DNA of 64,000 bases from Corallochytrium limacisporum Hawaii (taxonomy: Eukaryota > Protista > Pluriformea), in NCBI GenBank assembly GCA_002811645.1, contig PDIP01000001.1, positions 202,686 to 266,685 on the forward strand, read 5' to 3'. The notes below the pieces were generated by a model. That model saw nothing but the letters and a program-made list of their open reading frames with translations, made no database searches and was not told the DNA's origin. The position numbers and the translations under genes were made by a program. Below are positions 22,461 to 33,077 of the stretch, in pieces (position 1 is the stretch's first letter; each line of letters begins with the position of its first letter).

Positions 22461-23864
22461 TTTCTGTATTTATGTCTTTCAAAACTGTGTATGACATCCA
22501 TATCATAGAGTCTTTTCAGACTATTCACAGGCTTGACAATTCTATTAACCTTATAATAGCAGGATGACCGAGGCGACAACCAACCGCACGCTCTTGACAT
22601 CCGGTTCAAGGTCATCGCATCACATCCAACAGGTAGCTCCCAGCCCATGCCCCCGTCACAATATACAGGTCAAATAACGATCGGTGCGGAAGCATTTCCG
22701 TTGCGGATACGAAAAAAATTTAGGTGAGATAAGTATTGAGTTGCTGAGCTATATTTTCCAGGCGGGGTGGTTGCTTCGTGCAGAGCTAAAAAAGCGCAAG
22801 GATCGCGCCTGTATCCCGTATGGTCCCGCATCCGCCTGCCCTCCTTTTCCATTGAATCACGGTAGCCAGGAAGACCGGCCCCCAAGAAGCACCAACGCCT
22901 GAGACGAGGAGTCCAAGTACATTCCCCTCCCCCGCCCCCCCGTTTACCATAATACCCCCCAGCGGATGGGTGGTTTGGCCTTGCGCTTTGTTTATGTATG
23001 GCCCGTGTACGGCGGCAGCCCCACCTGATCGTCCGCGAATGGGACATCAGACTGATCAGATCAATATGTATTATTGATTCTCTGTCCCCGAAAATCTCCG
23101 GTGGGGTCGCTGTTTTTGATTGCATTAGGTCTTGTGCGCGGAGGGAGCATTTTGAAATCAGCAGTCATTCAGCCAATCCATGCCATAGTCGATGGTTTGG
23201 GTGTTCTGGGTAAATGGGCACAACACTCAGGCTCACACACCTCGCAAAAAAAAAAAGTTGCAGGGCGTAAAATTGTGCGTGCTGACATAATTGCATTGTT
23301 TATCTTCGGTGATAGGGAAAGAAACTTCAAGGCCCGCTCCAACCCGTCTGCAGGTTTTCAATTACCCCCCCCCCTTGGTTTGCTTGTGCCAGGTGTGGCA
23401 CCAGCATCCCCTTGACTATCCGGAAGGGGGGGGGTGTTTTTGATCCATGCAATCTACACGTGTATACGTGTCTCGGAAGACAATTCAGTCTCTCCAGTAC
23501 TTGTTGTTTGGAACTCAGCTGCTAGTCAGAACGCAAAACGGTCGGAAAATGGGATTTTGTCTTTCAAATCGCAGTGCTGGCATTTGCACCTAGTTTTCGA
23601 AGTACCAGCGGAAGACGGGACAAACCGAGCAGAGTGTCAAGAAGATTGCAATGGACAAAAAAAGTTGCCTTCCTAGCGGCCCACAGCACTGCCCTCTCTA
23701 TAGATAAAGTACTGTCGGGTTTCCCACTTCTCCGGCAGCCACTGTAATCGGCGGGGTCCATTGCCGAAGACCTCAGGAGCACGCTCTACTTTGGAAAGTG
23801 GTCCTACATCGGATAAGGAGGAGATACAGCAAGCAGATTAATCCCGGCGAAGGCCAACCTGAAC

Positions 23865-23998
23865 TGTATCTGTCTTATGGACAGAGATGAGCATGGGAGG
23901 TATAAGGTGCCATGACCACCAGCAGGGATGAGAGTGGGCCCGAATCTTCAAGTCTTGTACACAGACAGGTGCAACATACACATTCTCAACTAGCAAAT
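23865..23998 (+). promoter_or_regulatory. Structured 5' leader of PPA
   Basis: tgtatctgtct (23865-75) pairs with agacaggtgca (23963-73): 11 bp, 2 G-U; encloses 5 upstream ATGs. Confidence 0.55.
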
Positions 23999-24856
23999 AT
24001 GTCGTTCGCAAGCGCTCAGACTGGGGCCGAGAACACCCTTGACTACCGCGTGTTCTGCAAGAAGGACGGTCAAGTCGTCTCCTTCTGGCACGACGTCCCT
24101 CTTACCGCAAACGGTGACCTGGGATATGTCAACTTCATCTGCGAGGTTCCTCGCTACACCAATGCCAAGATGGAGATCTCTAAGGAGGAGCCTCTGAATC
24201 CCATCCTCCAGGACACCAAGAAGGGCAAGCTGCGCTACGTCCGCAACGTCTTCCCCCACCACGGTTACATGTGGAACTACGGTGCTATCCCTCAGACCTG
24301 GGAAGACCCCGCCCACAAGAACGAGGATACTGGATGCAACGGTGACAACGACCCTCTGGATGCCTGCGATATCGGCAGTACCATCCCTCCCCGTGGTGCC
24401 ATCTACAAGGTCAAAGTTCTGGGCCTGGTCGCTCTGATTGATGATGGCGAGACTGACTGGAAGATCATTGTGGTAAACGCTGACGATCCCCTGGCTGGTG
24501 AATTGAACGACATTGACGATGTCAAGACCAAGTGCCCCGGCCTTCTCGAACAGACGGTAAGCTGGTTCACCAACTACAAGGTGCCTGATGGCAAGCCCAA
24601 GAACCAATTTGCTTTCAACGGCGAGGCCAAGAACCGTGAATATGCTATCAATGTGATCAAGGAGACCCACGAGGCCTGGAAGGGTCTGGTGGCGGGCACT
24701 CTGGACCCGGCCGGTTGCAACATTGCGTCTGTCATCGCCGAATCTGCCAACAAGATGTCTGATGCTGATGCCACCATGGAGGTGACCAAGCGTGGTGAAC
24801 CCCTTTCTGGGGAGGCTGTGCCCAAGGAAATTGACCAGGTTTTCTACGTCGAGTAA
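23999..24856 (+). CDS. PPA1: Soluble inorganic pyrophosphatase (family I, eukaryotic)
   Basis: SFWHDVPL, TNAKMEI, LRYVRNVFP, GDNDPLD, DDGETDWK, YKVPDGKP. ATG 23999 preferred. Confidence 0.97.
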   Translation: MSFASAQTGAENTLDYRVFCKKDGQVVSFWHDVPLTANGDLGYVNFICEVPRYTNAKMEISKEEPLNPILQDTKKGKLRYVRNVFPHHGYMWNYGAIPQTWEDPAHKNEDTGCNGDNDPLDACDIGSTIPPRGAIYKVKVLGLVALIDDGETDWKIIVVNADDPLAGELNDIDDVKTKCPGLLEQTVSWFTNYKVPDGKPKNQFAFNGEAKNREYAINVIKETHEAWKGLVAGTLDPAGCNIASVIAESANKMSDADATMEVTKRGEPLSGEAVPKEIDQVFYVE

Positions 24857-25387
24857 ACTGTAAGTTGTGATTTCTGAGAGCGTTGGTAACTCAGTCCATC
24901 TGTCATCGAGCTAACCGGCATGTCATAAATGAAATACTAAGAAACAGTCTTCCTGTGTCCTGGAGTTCGTCATGCTTCCCCCGGATCTCGCACCAAACCG
25001 CCACGTTTAGACGTCCGCACACAAGACGAGGGCCTTGGCTGTAAGCTTCTGGCTCGACGAGAAATACACCCCTCAGTCTCCCAACACACGCAACCCCACC
25101 ACCTCCTCTCACTCGCCCTCTCTCTACTCTCCTGTCCTCCCCCTTCTGAGATGTATTCCAAGGCGCACCGGAGGAAGAAAAAGGGAGACGAAGCTGGAGA
25201 GGGGTGTGTGCGATGGAATGGAACAGGGCTCATGTGGCCCTGTATATGCACAGCAAATGGTGTCATTGAAGTTGCCATAAGGGGCAGCACGGACCACAGA
25301 GGTACTTGGTGGTCTCAAACGTGTTCTGGATTTGATGTTGCACCTAACAGTATTAAGATACAATAGTTCGATTGGCAACTAGTCGCA

Positions 25388-25930
25388 ATGTTCAAAAAGT
25401 TTGATTCAGAGGAAGCCATCAGTGGCTCCAACCAGGTCAAATCCAGTGTTCAGCGTGGTATCACTGCGGGCCTGATTGAAAAATACCCGGGAATTAAGCC
25501 TTATATTGAAGAAATTCTCCCCAAGAAAGAGTCTGTGACTCTAGTAAAATGTGCAGATCGCATCGAGCTTCTGGCTTTGAACAAGGAACCCCTTTTCTTT
25601 CACCAACGCGACGGACCTTGGATGCCAACCCTGAAACTGTTGCACAAGTATCCCGACATTCTGCCCCACCAGAAGGTTGACAAGGGCGCAATTCGGTTTA
25701 TTATGAGTGGAGCAAATATAATGGCCCCCGGCCTGACCTCCAAGGGTGGTGAACTAAAACCTGGCAAGGCCGGTGATATCGTAGCAATTATGTGTGAAGG
25801 CAAGGAGAACGCAATCGCCATCGGTGAGATGAAGCTCGACAGCGAAGAAATTGCTAGCAAAAACAAGGGAATCGCTATCGATCTCATCCATTTCTTGAAT
25901 GACGGACTGTGGCTGACCAAGTCTGTCTAG
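25388..25930 (+). CDS. MCTS1: Translation reinitiation factor MCT-1/Tma20 (PUA domain)
   Basis: MFKKF, VKSSVQRGI, PTLKLLHKYP, VDKGAIRFIMSGANIMAPGLTS, HFLNDGLW. Confidence 0.97.
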   Translation: MFKKFDSEEAISGSNQVKSSVQRGITAGLIEKYPGIKPYIEEILPKKESVTLVKCADRIELLALNKEPLFFHQRDGPWMPTLKLLHKYPDILPHQKVDKGAIRFIMSGANIMAPGLTSKGGELKPGKAGDIVAIMCEGKENAIAIGEMKLDSEEIASKNKGIAIDLIHFLNDGLWLTKSV

Positions 25931-26034
25931 AACTTACCACCCTCTTGTATACATAAAGAAAACCGCAATAGTGTTGACCTATATAGCTAGAACCCAGTCC
26001 TATTTATCTATTTGATGTCCCATCATAATGGTAT

Positions 26035-28128
26035 CTACTGAGCTACCTGAGTCAGCTGTTGCAGACTCTGGGCGATGGCACTGCTCATGGCTGTGGGGTT
26101 GGTCGCGGGCTCGTTGCCATTCCACGCGCTGACATTGACATGTACTGCATCGTTGTGGATCATGTAGCCGAAGCCAAATCCATCGTCACAGACAGGTCCG
26201 AAACCAAAGAAATCAAGCGACTTGCCCCCACAGTTGGAGGTGGACAGACGCCAGGTTCCGCTTCGGGCATACACCGGATTCTGATACAAGGCCGGCACGG
26301 TTTCACCGTCGTGGATCGACATCTTCAAACCGAACAGGTGCCGATCGCAACCCTGTGCAATCTGAGCCTTTTTGGCCACTGCGACATGGGCTTGGGTTGC
26401 CTTAGACAATAGATCGCGGACTTCTGCTCCACTGATATTAGAGTCAATCAGAGCCTGGCACAAAGCCAGAGCTTCTGGCGTGGCACTGCGGATGGTCTCA
26501 GTACGACCGTGCAGGAACCCTTTGGTGGCACAGCTTTCATAGGTGGCACCGAGATGCCCGTAGAGACGGTAGTGTGCCAGCTGGTAGGCCACTTGCACAA
26601 ATGCATCCGGACTGTGGCCGAGTTGCTTGATACCGGCAGCTCCCAGGTCGGCGTAGCGCAAGGGCTGTTGGCTCAGTTTGTTGTAAAAGCTAATCTGGCG
26701 CTGCTTGCTATCGTTGAACTCGGCTTGCAGCTCCTCGCTGAGCATCAAAGGAAGGTGCATGCTGGATCCCATGCTTGCCTGACGACTCATGCCACCAGCC
26801 CCACCTGGAAGAGGCGAGCTTGGATCTCCGTGCGTGGCACTGGCTGCTCCAGCTTCCTTCAATGCGACATCCTCCTTCAGCAAGCGCTCACTCTCATCCC
26901 AGACGAACTCCACCATGCGCAACACCGTGGATCCATCACCGGTGGAGTGCTCAATGTTAAAGCCTGCGCGACCATTGCCAAATACTACAAGCTGGGACTT
27001 GTCGAACCAGCGATTTCCCTGTTCTCCGTCGTGTAGCAGACTATTATTACAGTCGAGCACACTATTGGGCTCCTGATCATCAAGGACAACCACCATGATA
27101 GCCCGATCAATGGCTTCAAGCGTGCTTTCATTCATCATGTTCTCGCCTATCATCTTCTCACGCAGGTCGGCCCAGGTATCACGATCATCCCCAGTGGCAA
27201 AGTCGATCAAGGGGCCTGGTGGCATCTGCTTCGCCATGTCACGAATCTGTGCCAGATCCGCGGCAATGTCCCTCGGAGGCTTCGGATTCCGCTGCATGTC
27301 GTAGACCAAGGAGGCAAAGAAGTGCCCATTGGCAAGTACAACGACGTGGCGAGAGTCCTCGTTGACGTACATCGCTGTGTGACTGCTGTGGTTACGTCCA
27401 ACAGGCCGCGATTGGTGGCATACAATCACGTCTCGGTTACGTTTCGGGATGCGCGCAGTAGCAAACAGACGCGGATATTGAACCATACACAGTGGCTGAC
27501 GGTTGTCACCTTTGCCGGCCATGTCTGGCGTGAGCACCTCCTGGTCGATCATTTCCCTGAAGGTCAGAGATGAGAAGACCAGAGCCGCAGCGCGCTCGAT
27601 CTGTCCATGATTTGGTGCAGGAAGATCTATGGGCTTGTCTGCTATGGTACCAGGCTGCTTCTGCAGATCTGCATCCCCTGTTTCGCGCAGCAAGAACGAG
27701 TAGTTGGAATTGATCACAATAGGGGAGCGTGTGGCCAGGTATCCATCGTCCCACCATTCTTCTAACCAGCTCGGATGGCGCGGATCCTCAGCGCGATCCA
27801 AGAGTCGGCGTTGTAAGATAGGTGCGGCAGTATCCAGGAAGTCTGCAGCCTGGTTTGACGCCTTCTCGTACTCTTCTGGGGTAGTCAATGCTTTGATGGA
27901 GTTCAGCCATTGCTTGATTGTCTGATCTAGGGGGGGTACTGGAAGCTTCGGAATCTTATCCTGATACGCAAAAGTGGTGACTTGGCCCTCTTCTGTGGAA
28001 TAGTGCCGTGCAATATGCTTTCGAGCCGTGACTGTGGATCCCGTAGCCAGACAAACCCCAGCCTGTGATCTGGCCGTGGCCGGGACCCAGCGGTGTAGTC
28101 CTAATCTTGCGAGGGTTGCTGGTGACAT
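26035..28128 (-). CDS. Mitochondrial carnitine O-acyltransferase (CRAT/Yat/CPT2 family)
   Basis: PKLPVPPLDQT, WLEEWW, NRWFDK, catalytic EHSTGDG, SPDAFVQ, YESCATKGFLHGRTETIRS, DRHLFGL, LSTSN, GFGPVCDDGFG; presequence-like N-terminus. Confidence 0.93.
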   Translation of the reverse strand: MSPATLARLGLHRWVPATARSQAGVCLATGSTVTARKHIARHYSTEEGQVTTFAYQDKIPKLPVPPLDQTIKQWLNSIKALTTPEEYEKASNQAADFLDTAAPILQRRLLDRAEDPRHPSWLEEWWDDGYLATRSPIVINSNYSFLLRETGDADLQKQPGTIADKPIDLPAPNHGQIERAAALVFSSLTFREMIDQEVLTPDMAGKGDNRQPLCMVQYPRLFATARIPKRNRDVIVCHQSRPVGRNHSSHTAMYVNEDSRHVVVLANGHFFASLVYDMQRNPKPPRDIAADLAQIRDMAKQMPPGPLIDFATGDDRDTWADLREKMIGENMMNESTLEAIDRAIMVVVLDDQEPNSVLDCNNSLLHDGEQGNRWFDKSQLVVFGNGRAGFNIEHSTGDGSTVLRMVEFVWDESERLLKEDVALKEAGAASATHGDPSSPLPGGAGGMSRQASMGSSMHLPLMLSEELQAEFNDSKQRQISFYNKLSQQPLRYADLGAAGIKQLGHSPDAFVQVAYQLAHYRLYGHLGATYESCATKGFLHGRTETIRSATPEALALCQALIDSNISGAEVRDLLSKATQAHVAVAKKAQIAQGCDRHLFGLKMSIHDGETVPALYQNPVYARSGTWRLSTSNCGGKSLDFFGFGPVCDDGFGFGYMIHNDAVHVNVSAWNGNEPATNPTAMSSAIAQSLQQLTQVAQ

Positions 28129-28305
28129 AGTGGATGAGTCTATCGAAGCAAGGGTCAAATCACAGAAAGTGCCTTCTGTATACGTGCCCATCAAACCTTG
28201 ATAAATAGCTAGAGCCGCATATCAGGGGTCCTGAATGGAAAACTACAGTCGACAGCCGTCGAAATCGGATGCCCCGTGGCGCCAGTCGTCCGTGTGTGCT
28301 TACCA

Positions 28306-28332
28306 CCCCCCCCCCCCCCCCCCCCGGGGGGG
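28306..28332. repeat. C20-G7 homopolymer junction in divergent promoter island
   Basis: Seen directly. Confidence 0.9.
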
Positions 28333-29259
28333 AGGCTCCTACTGCCTCTCTCCTCCACTCCCTCCCCTCGCCCTTTCGCCATGCGTATTTCACGGAGGGA
28401 CCCATTGATTTCTATGGGACCCCACGGAACAACGGGGTTCCCGTCTCTACGGGTAGCGCAGCCAAAAATCGACGCAAAATTTGGCGGACACAAGGAACAC
28501 AAGGTAAAAACCCCCTGGGGGCTAAAAGGAAGGGAAAGCGGAGCGGGACGGTCCGGGTACCTTACGTCATCACTAAAATAGGCCCCCTTTCCTTTCGTTT
28601 AAATAAATATCCTGACTTTTTTGAATTAATGTTTGGGTTCAGTTACTGTAACAGCTTCGGTGGTATACTGTTTCCTATTTCTTAAGGGACTTTGCCACTA
28701 TAGCCAATGTACCGAACCCTCGGACCCCATGCCCCATGAGAAGAAACTCCCGCCGCCATCGCATTTTCGGACCTCCCACAGCACCTCCCGCCGTCAGACT
28801 CCCCCACCACACCACCGGCCGCGGCCACAGTTCGCAAGAGGCGCGACTCGCAGGCCCCCAAGGCTGTAGTTTGGGGTTTGTTTTCTGACAGAGTGGGCCA
28901 CCGGACGACTCCCTTGCAAAGTGGGAAGAGCCGCCGTTCGAAACTTTCTCAGTTCTCCCGTAGCCTGCCCCTTTCCCGGCAGTGTGTTAGTTCGCTTAGT
29001 AGCGTGTATCGTAATACTCCCACCACGAGTAGGAGAGGGGCTGCGTCCCAGCCCCCTCTTGACCCGTGGTCTGAAGCACGTCATGATGGTTCATATTTGT
29101 GACGAGCAAGATTGTAGCTACACCTGGCACAAACTGTGGTGCGATGTTTTGTGGGAGTGGTACTTTAGATTATCATTTGGGAACCTGCAGAGTACCAGTG
29201 GAACATCCTTGTTAGGCTAGGTCTGAAGCATTGGCTGACACAAGCGTGAGACTAACACC

Positions 29260-29676
29260 ATGACACAAAACGCAGCAGCCGCGGAGGCGGTGAAGCAGGC
29301 TCCCCGGATTTTGCGTCCGTTCGTTGGAAACCAGAGAATATTTGGAAACCGGGCTGCTCTGGCTATGGAGAACAAGGTCCCTGCTCTGGCCTACGTGAAC
29401 GATGTCACAAACGCTGCACCGGGATTCAAGTGGGCACTGAGTATTGTGCCAATTCTGCAGGCCCTACAGGGACAGCCTCCAGTGGAGAATCTGGATCTGA
29501 AACAGAGTTGTGCTCTAGCATTTACTGGATACGTCTGGTCCTACTATGCCACGATCATTAAGCCTCAAAACGCGGGATCACGGGCTCTTATGGCTTGCAA
29601 TCTAGCCATGGCTGCTGTGCACTCATACAATATTGCTCGGAAAGTTAACTACATGCGTGCTGAGGGTCAGCTGTAA
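29260..29676 (+). CDS. Mitochondrial pyruvate carrier family protein (MPC2-like, divergent)
   Basis: APGFKWAL, PVENLDLKQSCALAFTGYVWSYYATIIKPQN and LMACN match the MPC pattern APxxKWGL..P.E.LS..QS.AL..TG.IW.RY..I.P.N. Confidence 0.85.
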   Translation: MTQNAAAAEAVKQAPRILRPFVGNQRIFGNRAALAMENKVPALAYVNDVTNAAPGFKWALSIVPILQALQGQPPVENLDLKQSCALAFTGYVWSYYATIIKPQNAGSRALMACNLAMAAVHSYNIARKVNYMRAEGQL

Positions 29677-29750
29677 TTCCAAAAGCCTAAACATTGCAGG
29701 ATCATGTCCTGCTTATTCATTGAATAGTGATACATTGATTATTGTTGTAG

Positions 29751-30770
29751 TCATACGAGATATCTGTCCGTTCGTCCAAGTGTCAGTATCGTGATCGTTT
29801 GGTTTCCCTCACCCTCCTCACTTTTCCACAGCCGACAAGTGTTGTCCTTTGATGCTGACACGAGTAGATCCCCGTTGTAGACAAAATTTGTGGCGAAAAC
29901 ATCAATGGTTACGACACCGATACTACCCTTCTGCGCACCTCCACGTATGGTGGCTGCCGCAAGTAGATCAACCACCGTCTCACGGCCTCCAGGACTGGCG
30001 ACCAAAGCACAAAGAGATCCGGGCTCGTCTGCACTAATTACTCGTGTGCACAACGTGTGGCCACCATAGCTGACGCTGCGGTCCACTAGCGTCGCAAGCA
30101 AACCGCTGACCGTCACCCCACACACGCGGCTTCCGGTGCCACAGAATCCGAGGGCAGTGATGGTACCCCAGTCTCCAGTGTAATGGAGAGGCTGGGTGTC
30201 GCTTGCTATGGAACTTGCAGCTGCCATGCCGGGTCGAACAACGGAGTGGGTCCAACCACTCGCGTCGCAGAGACAGATGGCATTGTGGGAGCCGACAAGG
30301 ACGATCCTAGGTCTTGAAGGTCCAGGAGGTAAGGCAACGGCTGTTACTGAGGCTGTCACCACCTGTAACCCGGCCGGCGATGAAGAATTGGGTGTGTTGC
30401 GCTTATTTCTGGGCTCACTCCACATGTTCCGCAAGCTGTTAGTTCCGAGAGATTGGGTGGTGACGGTCTGCATCATGGCAGGACTAACAAAAAGTTGGCG
30501 ACCACCAAAATCCCAGATACGATATTTGCTTTCTTCACCACCACTAATGATACGCTGGAATGAAGTACTGGCATCGATTGAAGTGACAACCATGCCTCCG
30601 GCACTCACCCAGGAAGTTTTGTGCTCCGAGTTTGTCTGCAATGGAAGTACGGCGATTTCATGACCAGTTGCTGCCACTAGTGCGGCTGAACTGGACGCCA
30701 CGGCGATTGATCCCCAACAAACCGCCCAGTTCCCGCCACAAAGCCAGCCACCGCCGCAGGAAACAGCCAC
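29751..30770 (-). pseudogene. IFT80: Truncated IFT80-like WD40 remnant with ODA16/DAW1-like terminal repeat
   Basis: IAVLPLQ, IISGGEESKYRIWDFGGRQLF and VGSHNAICLCDASGWTHS match recalled IFT80 ([46 protein letters not shown]). No ATG at the start; N-terminal and C-terminal parts missing. Confidence 0.72.
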
Positions 30771-31178
30771 TGATTTACAAGTTTAATCAAATACTTGATT
30801 CATAAATTAGACCTGAATATACCACAAGAAGAGAATCAGAAGGGTCACACATTCACTATAGGAGTTGACTTGGTATCCAGGTTATTTTTATTGGCGAGTA
30901 AAAGGGGAAATCAATTCCAGGCAAGAATCGAACAAAAGTGTCGAGGTGAAACAATCAGCAATTTCCCCAGTCTCACCCATTATTCAATTCAGCCCGTGTT
31001 CCTTGTCAACCAAACACCAAAAGGAAAAAAAAAAAAATCTTTGATGGGGGATCGTTCGCTTAAAAAGTGTGCGCCCCGCACCGCGGGGTCCTTCTTTTTT
31101 GTGGTACATTCCACGTTTATTTCGATACGTCAAAAATCGTAACGATGGAATTGGGCTCAATAGCGCCAGAAATTTCTA

Positions 31179-33077
31179 TCACTCAAAGAGGTGCCAGAAG
31201 CGATCTGGACCCTGCTCCAGCAGTTCGGACAGCCGCTTTTCGGGGTACATGTCGTAATTGCTGGCATCACCAGGGCTGTCCAGCCGGGGAACGATTGGTG
31301 GACGGAGCTGCTGCTCGTCGACCATGCGCCAGTCCAGGCCTCCGAAGAAGGGATGCTGTTTGACATCGTCGACGCCGTCCACGAGGGCACCGATGCGTTG
31401 AGTCGGGTCGCGGGTCAGCAATTCGCTGATAAACTGCTTGCTGGTCTCCTCAATGTGAGAAGGGAACGAGACCGGGGCGGATAGGATCTTTTCGTAGATG
31501 CGGAAAGTGTTCGAGTCTACAAACGGAGGGTAACCCACCAACATCTCGTAAGTCAGGATTCCCAGAGCCCACCAGTCCACGGCCTTGCCGTGCCCTTGGC
31601 TCTGGATAATTTCCGGAGCTAGGTACTCGGGCGTACCGCACAGGGTCCAGGTGCGATCAACAACGTGTTTTGCGAAGCCAAAATCCGTGATCTTGACGTG
31701 ACCACGGAAATCCAAAAGCAGATTCTCCGGCTTCAGGTCTCTGTAAATAATGTTCTGGCTGTGGAGGGAGTCCAGAGCAGAGGTCAACTCGGCAATGTAG
31801 AATCGCGCGACGTTGGGCAGGAAACGACCGGCCCGACGCAGGTGCGTGAACAGCTCGCCGCCTGCGACGTACTCAAGGACAAAGTACAGTCGTTGCGAAT
31901 CCTGGAAGTTGGCAAACATGCGCACAATGAAAGGACTGCGGATGGTGGACAGGAGTTTTCTCTCGGAGTTAAAGTGCTCCACTTGTTTCATGCGCACAAT
32001 GTGCTCCTTGTGCATCATCTTGACGGCAAAGTAGCCTCCATACTTCTTCTCCTGGGCGAGAATGACACGGCCAAAGGTGCCAATGCCGATGGTACGCAAC
32101 AGCTCGAAGCTGTCAACACTAATTTTCGGTGGTGTACGCCTAAGGTGCGACTGCTGCTGTGCTTGAGCCATGGGTGGCATCTTCACAGGAACGGTTGCCA
32201 AAGAATGGCGCTGGACCCTAACCACATGTCCATGGATGTTGCGCTTAGCACCAACCATCTGGGGGGTCAGACCGTCGCTTGCCTTGCGTTTACGGCTGTC
32301 GGACTCGATGATACTGTTGCTGCTGGACACGCTAAGGCCTTCATGGCTGTCAATGGAGGCTCTTAGGTGCGTCTTCGGAGCAGCAGCGACCCGCGCTGCT
32401 GCTGTCTGTGCTTGTTGCATCTGTGGTTGGAATGCCTGAGGCAAGGAGGTTCGCGGCGATGTGTTTCTGCGGTACTTTGAGAGGAGCTCATGGTTGTCGC
32501 TGCTGTGGCCACCAACCGTAGGAGGCGGAACGAACGGGGGCAGGATTCCAGGCTGTTGTGTTGTCGAAGATGCCATCATCTGCGGTTGTTGGAAGAGAAC
32601 AGGTCGATTAATGGAAGCGGTGTTGCTTCCCTTCCGTGTTGAAGCCGACGAAGAGCCAGAGAGTCTGAGAATAGTCTGTTGGCTGCTCTCTGATCCCGCA
32701 ATGCTGGTGCGACTGGCGAAGTTCTTTCCCATCTGGTTGCATACGGCATCCCCCATAACGGACGATAGACTCCCTTCCGATGCCCGGGTAGAGCCATCGG
32801 AGGAATCTGTCATTGATGTGGAATAGCTCCGCTGGGAGGATGATCTGTTACTCTGAGGGAACATGTATGCGTTGGGTGAAAGCTGATGCCCTTGCTCGGC
32901 AGGCTCGTATCCCTTTCCAAGCGCAGTCGTGCGCTCTGTTGATGTTGTCCCGTCATCACTACTGTTGCTGCGGTCATCACTATAGGAATGCCGGTGCAAT
33001 ATGGTTTCCTGCTGCGCCCGCGCAGTTTGCCCAGCACCACTGTCGCTTATCGTGTTTTGGTGTAGGACGCCTTCCAT
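31179..33077 (-). CDS. cAMP-dependent protein kinase catalytic subunit (PKA-C/PRKX-like) with long low-complexity N-terminus
   Basis: GIGTFGRV, MKQVEH, YRDLKPEN, DFGFAK..RTWTLCGTPEYLAPEII, GHGKAVDWWALG, PPIVP..GDASNYD. Confidence 0.95.
   Translation of the reverse strand: MEGVLHQNTISDSGAGQTARAQQETILHRHSYSDDRSNSSDDGTTSTERTTALGKGYEPAEQGHQLSPNAYMFPQSNRSSSQRSYSTSMTDSSDGSTRASEGSLSSVMGDAVCNQMGKNFASRTSIAGSESSQQTILRLSGSSSASTRKGSNTASINRPVLFQQPQMMASSTTQQPGILPPFVPPPTVGGHSSDNHELLSKYRRNTSPRTSLPQAFQPQMQQAQTAAARVAAAPKTHLRASIDSHEGLSVSSSNSIIESDSRKRKASDGLTPQMVGAKRNIHGHVVRVQRHSLATVPVKMPPMAQAQQQSHLRRTPPKISVDSFELLRTIGIGTFGRVILAQEKKYGGYFAVKMMHKEHIVRMKQVEHFNSERKLLSTIRSPFIVRMFANFQDSQRLYFVLEYVAGGELFTHLRRAGRFLPNVARFYIAELTSALDSLHSQNIIYRDLKPENLLLDFRGHVKITDFGFAKHVVDRTWTLCGTPEYLAPEIIQSQGHGKAVDWWALGILTYEMLVGYPPFVDSNTFRIYEKILSAPVSFPSHIEETSKQFISELLTRDPTQRIGALVDGVDDVKQHPFFGGLDWRMVDEQQLRPPIVPRLDSPGDASNYDMYPEKRLSELLEQGPDRFWHLFE

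Noticed and set aside
23912-23998. N-terminal ORF extensions (PPA, NUDT17, carnitine acyltransferase, WARS2, PSMB7)
   Set aside because: They fall in the leader regions and show no homology; downstream ATGs were chosen.
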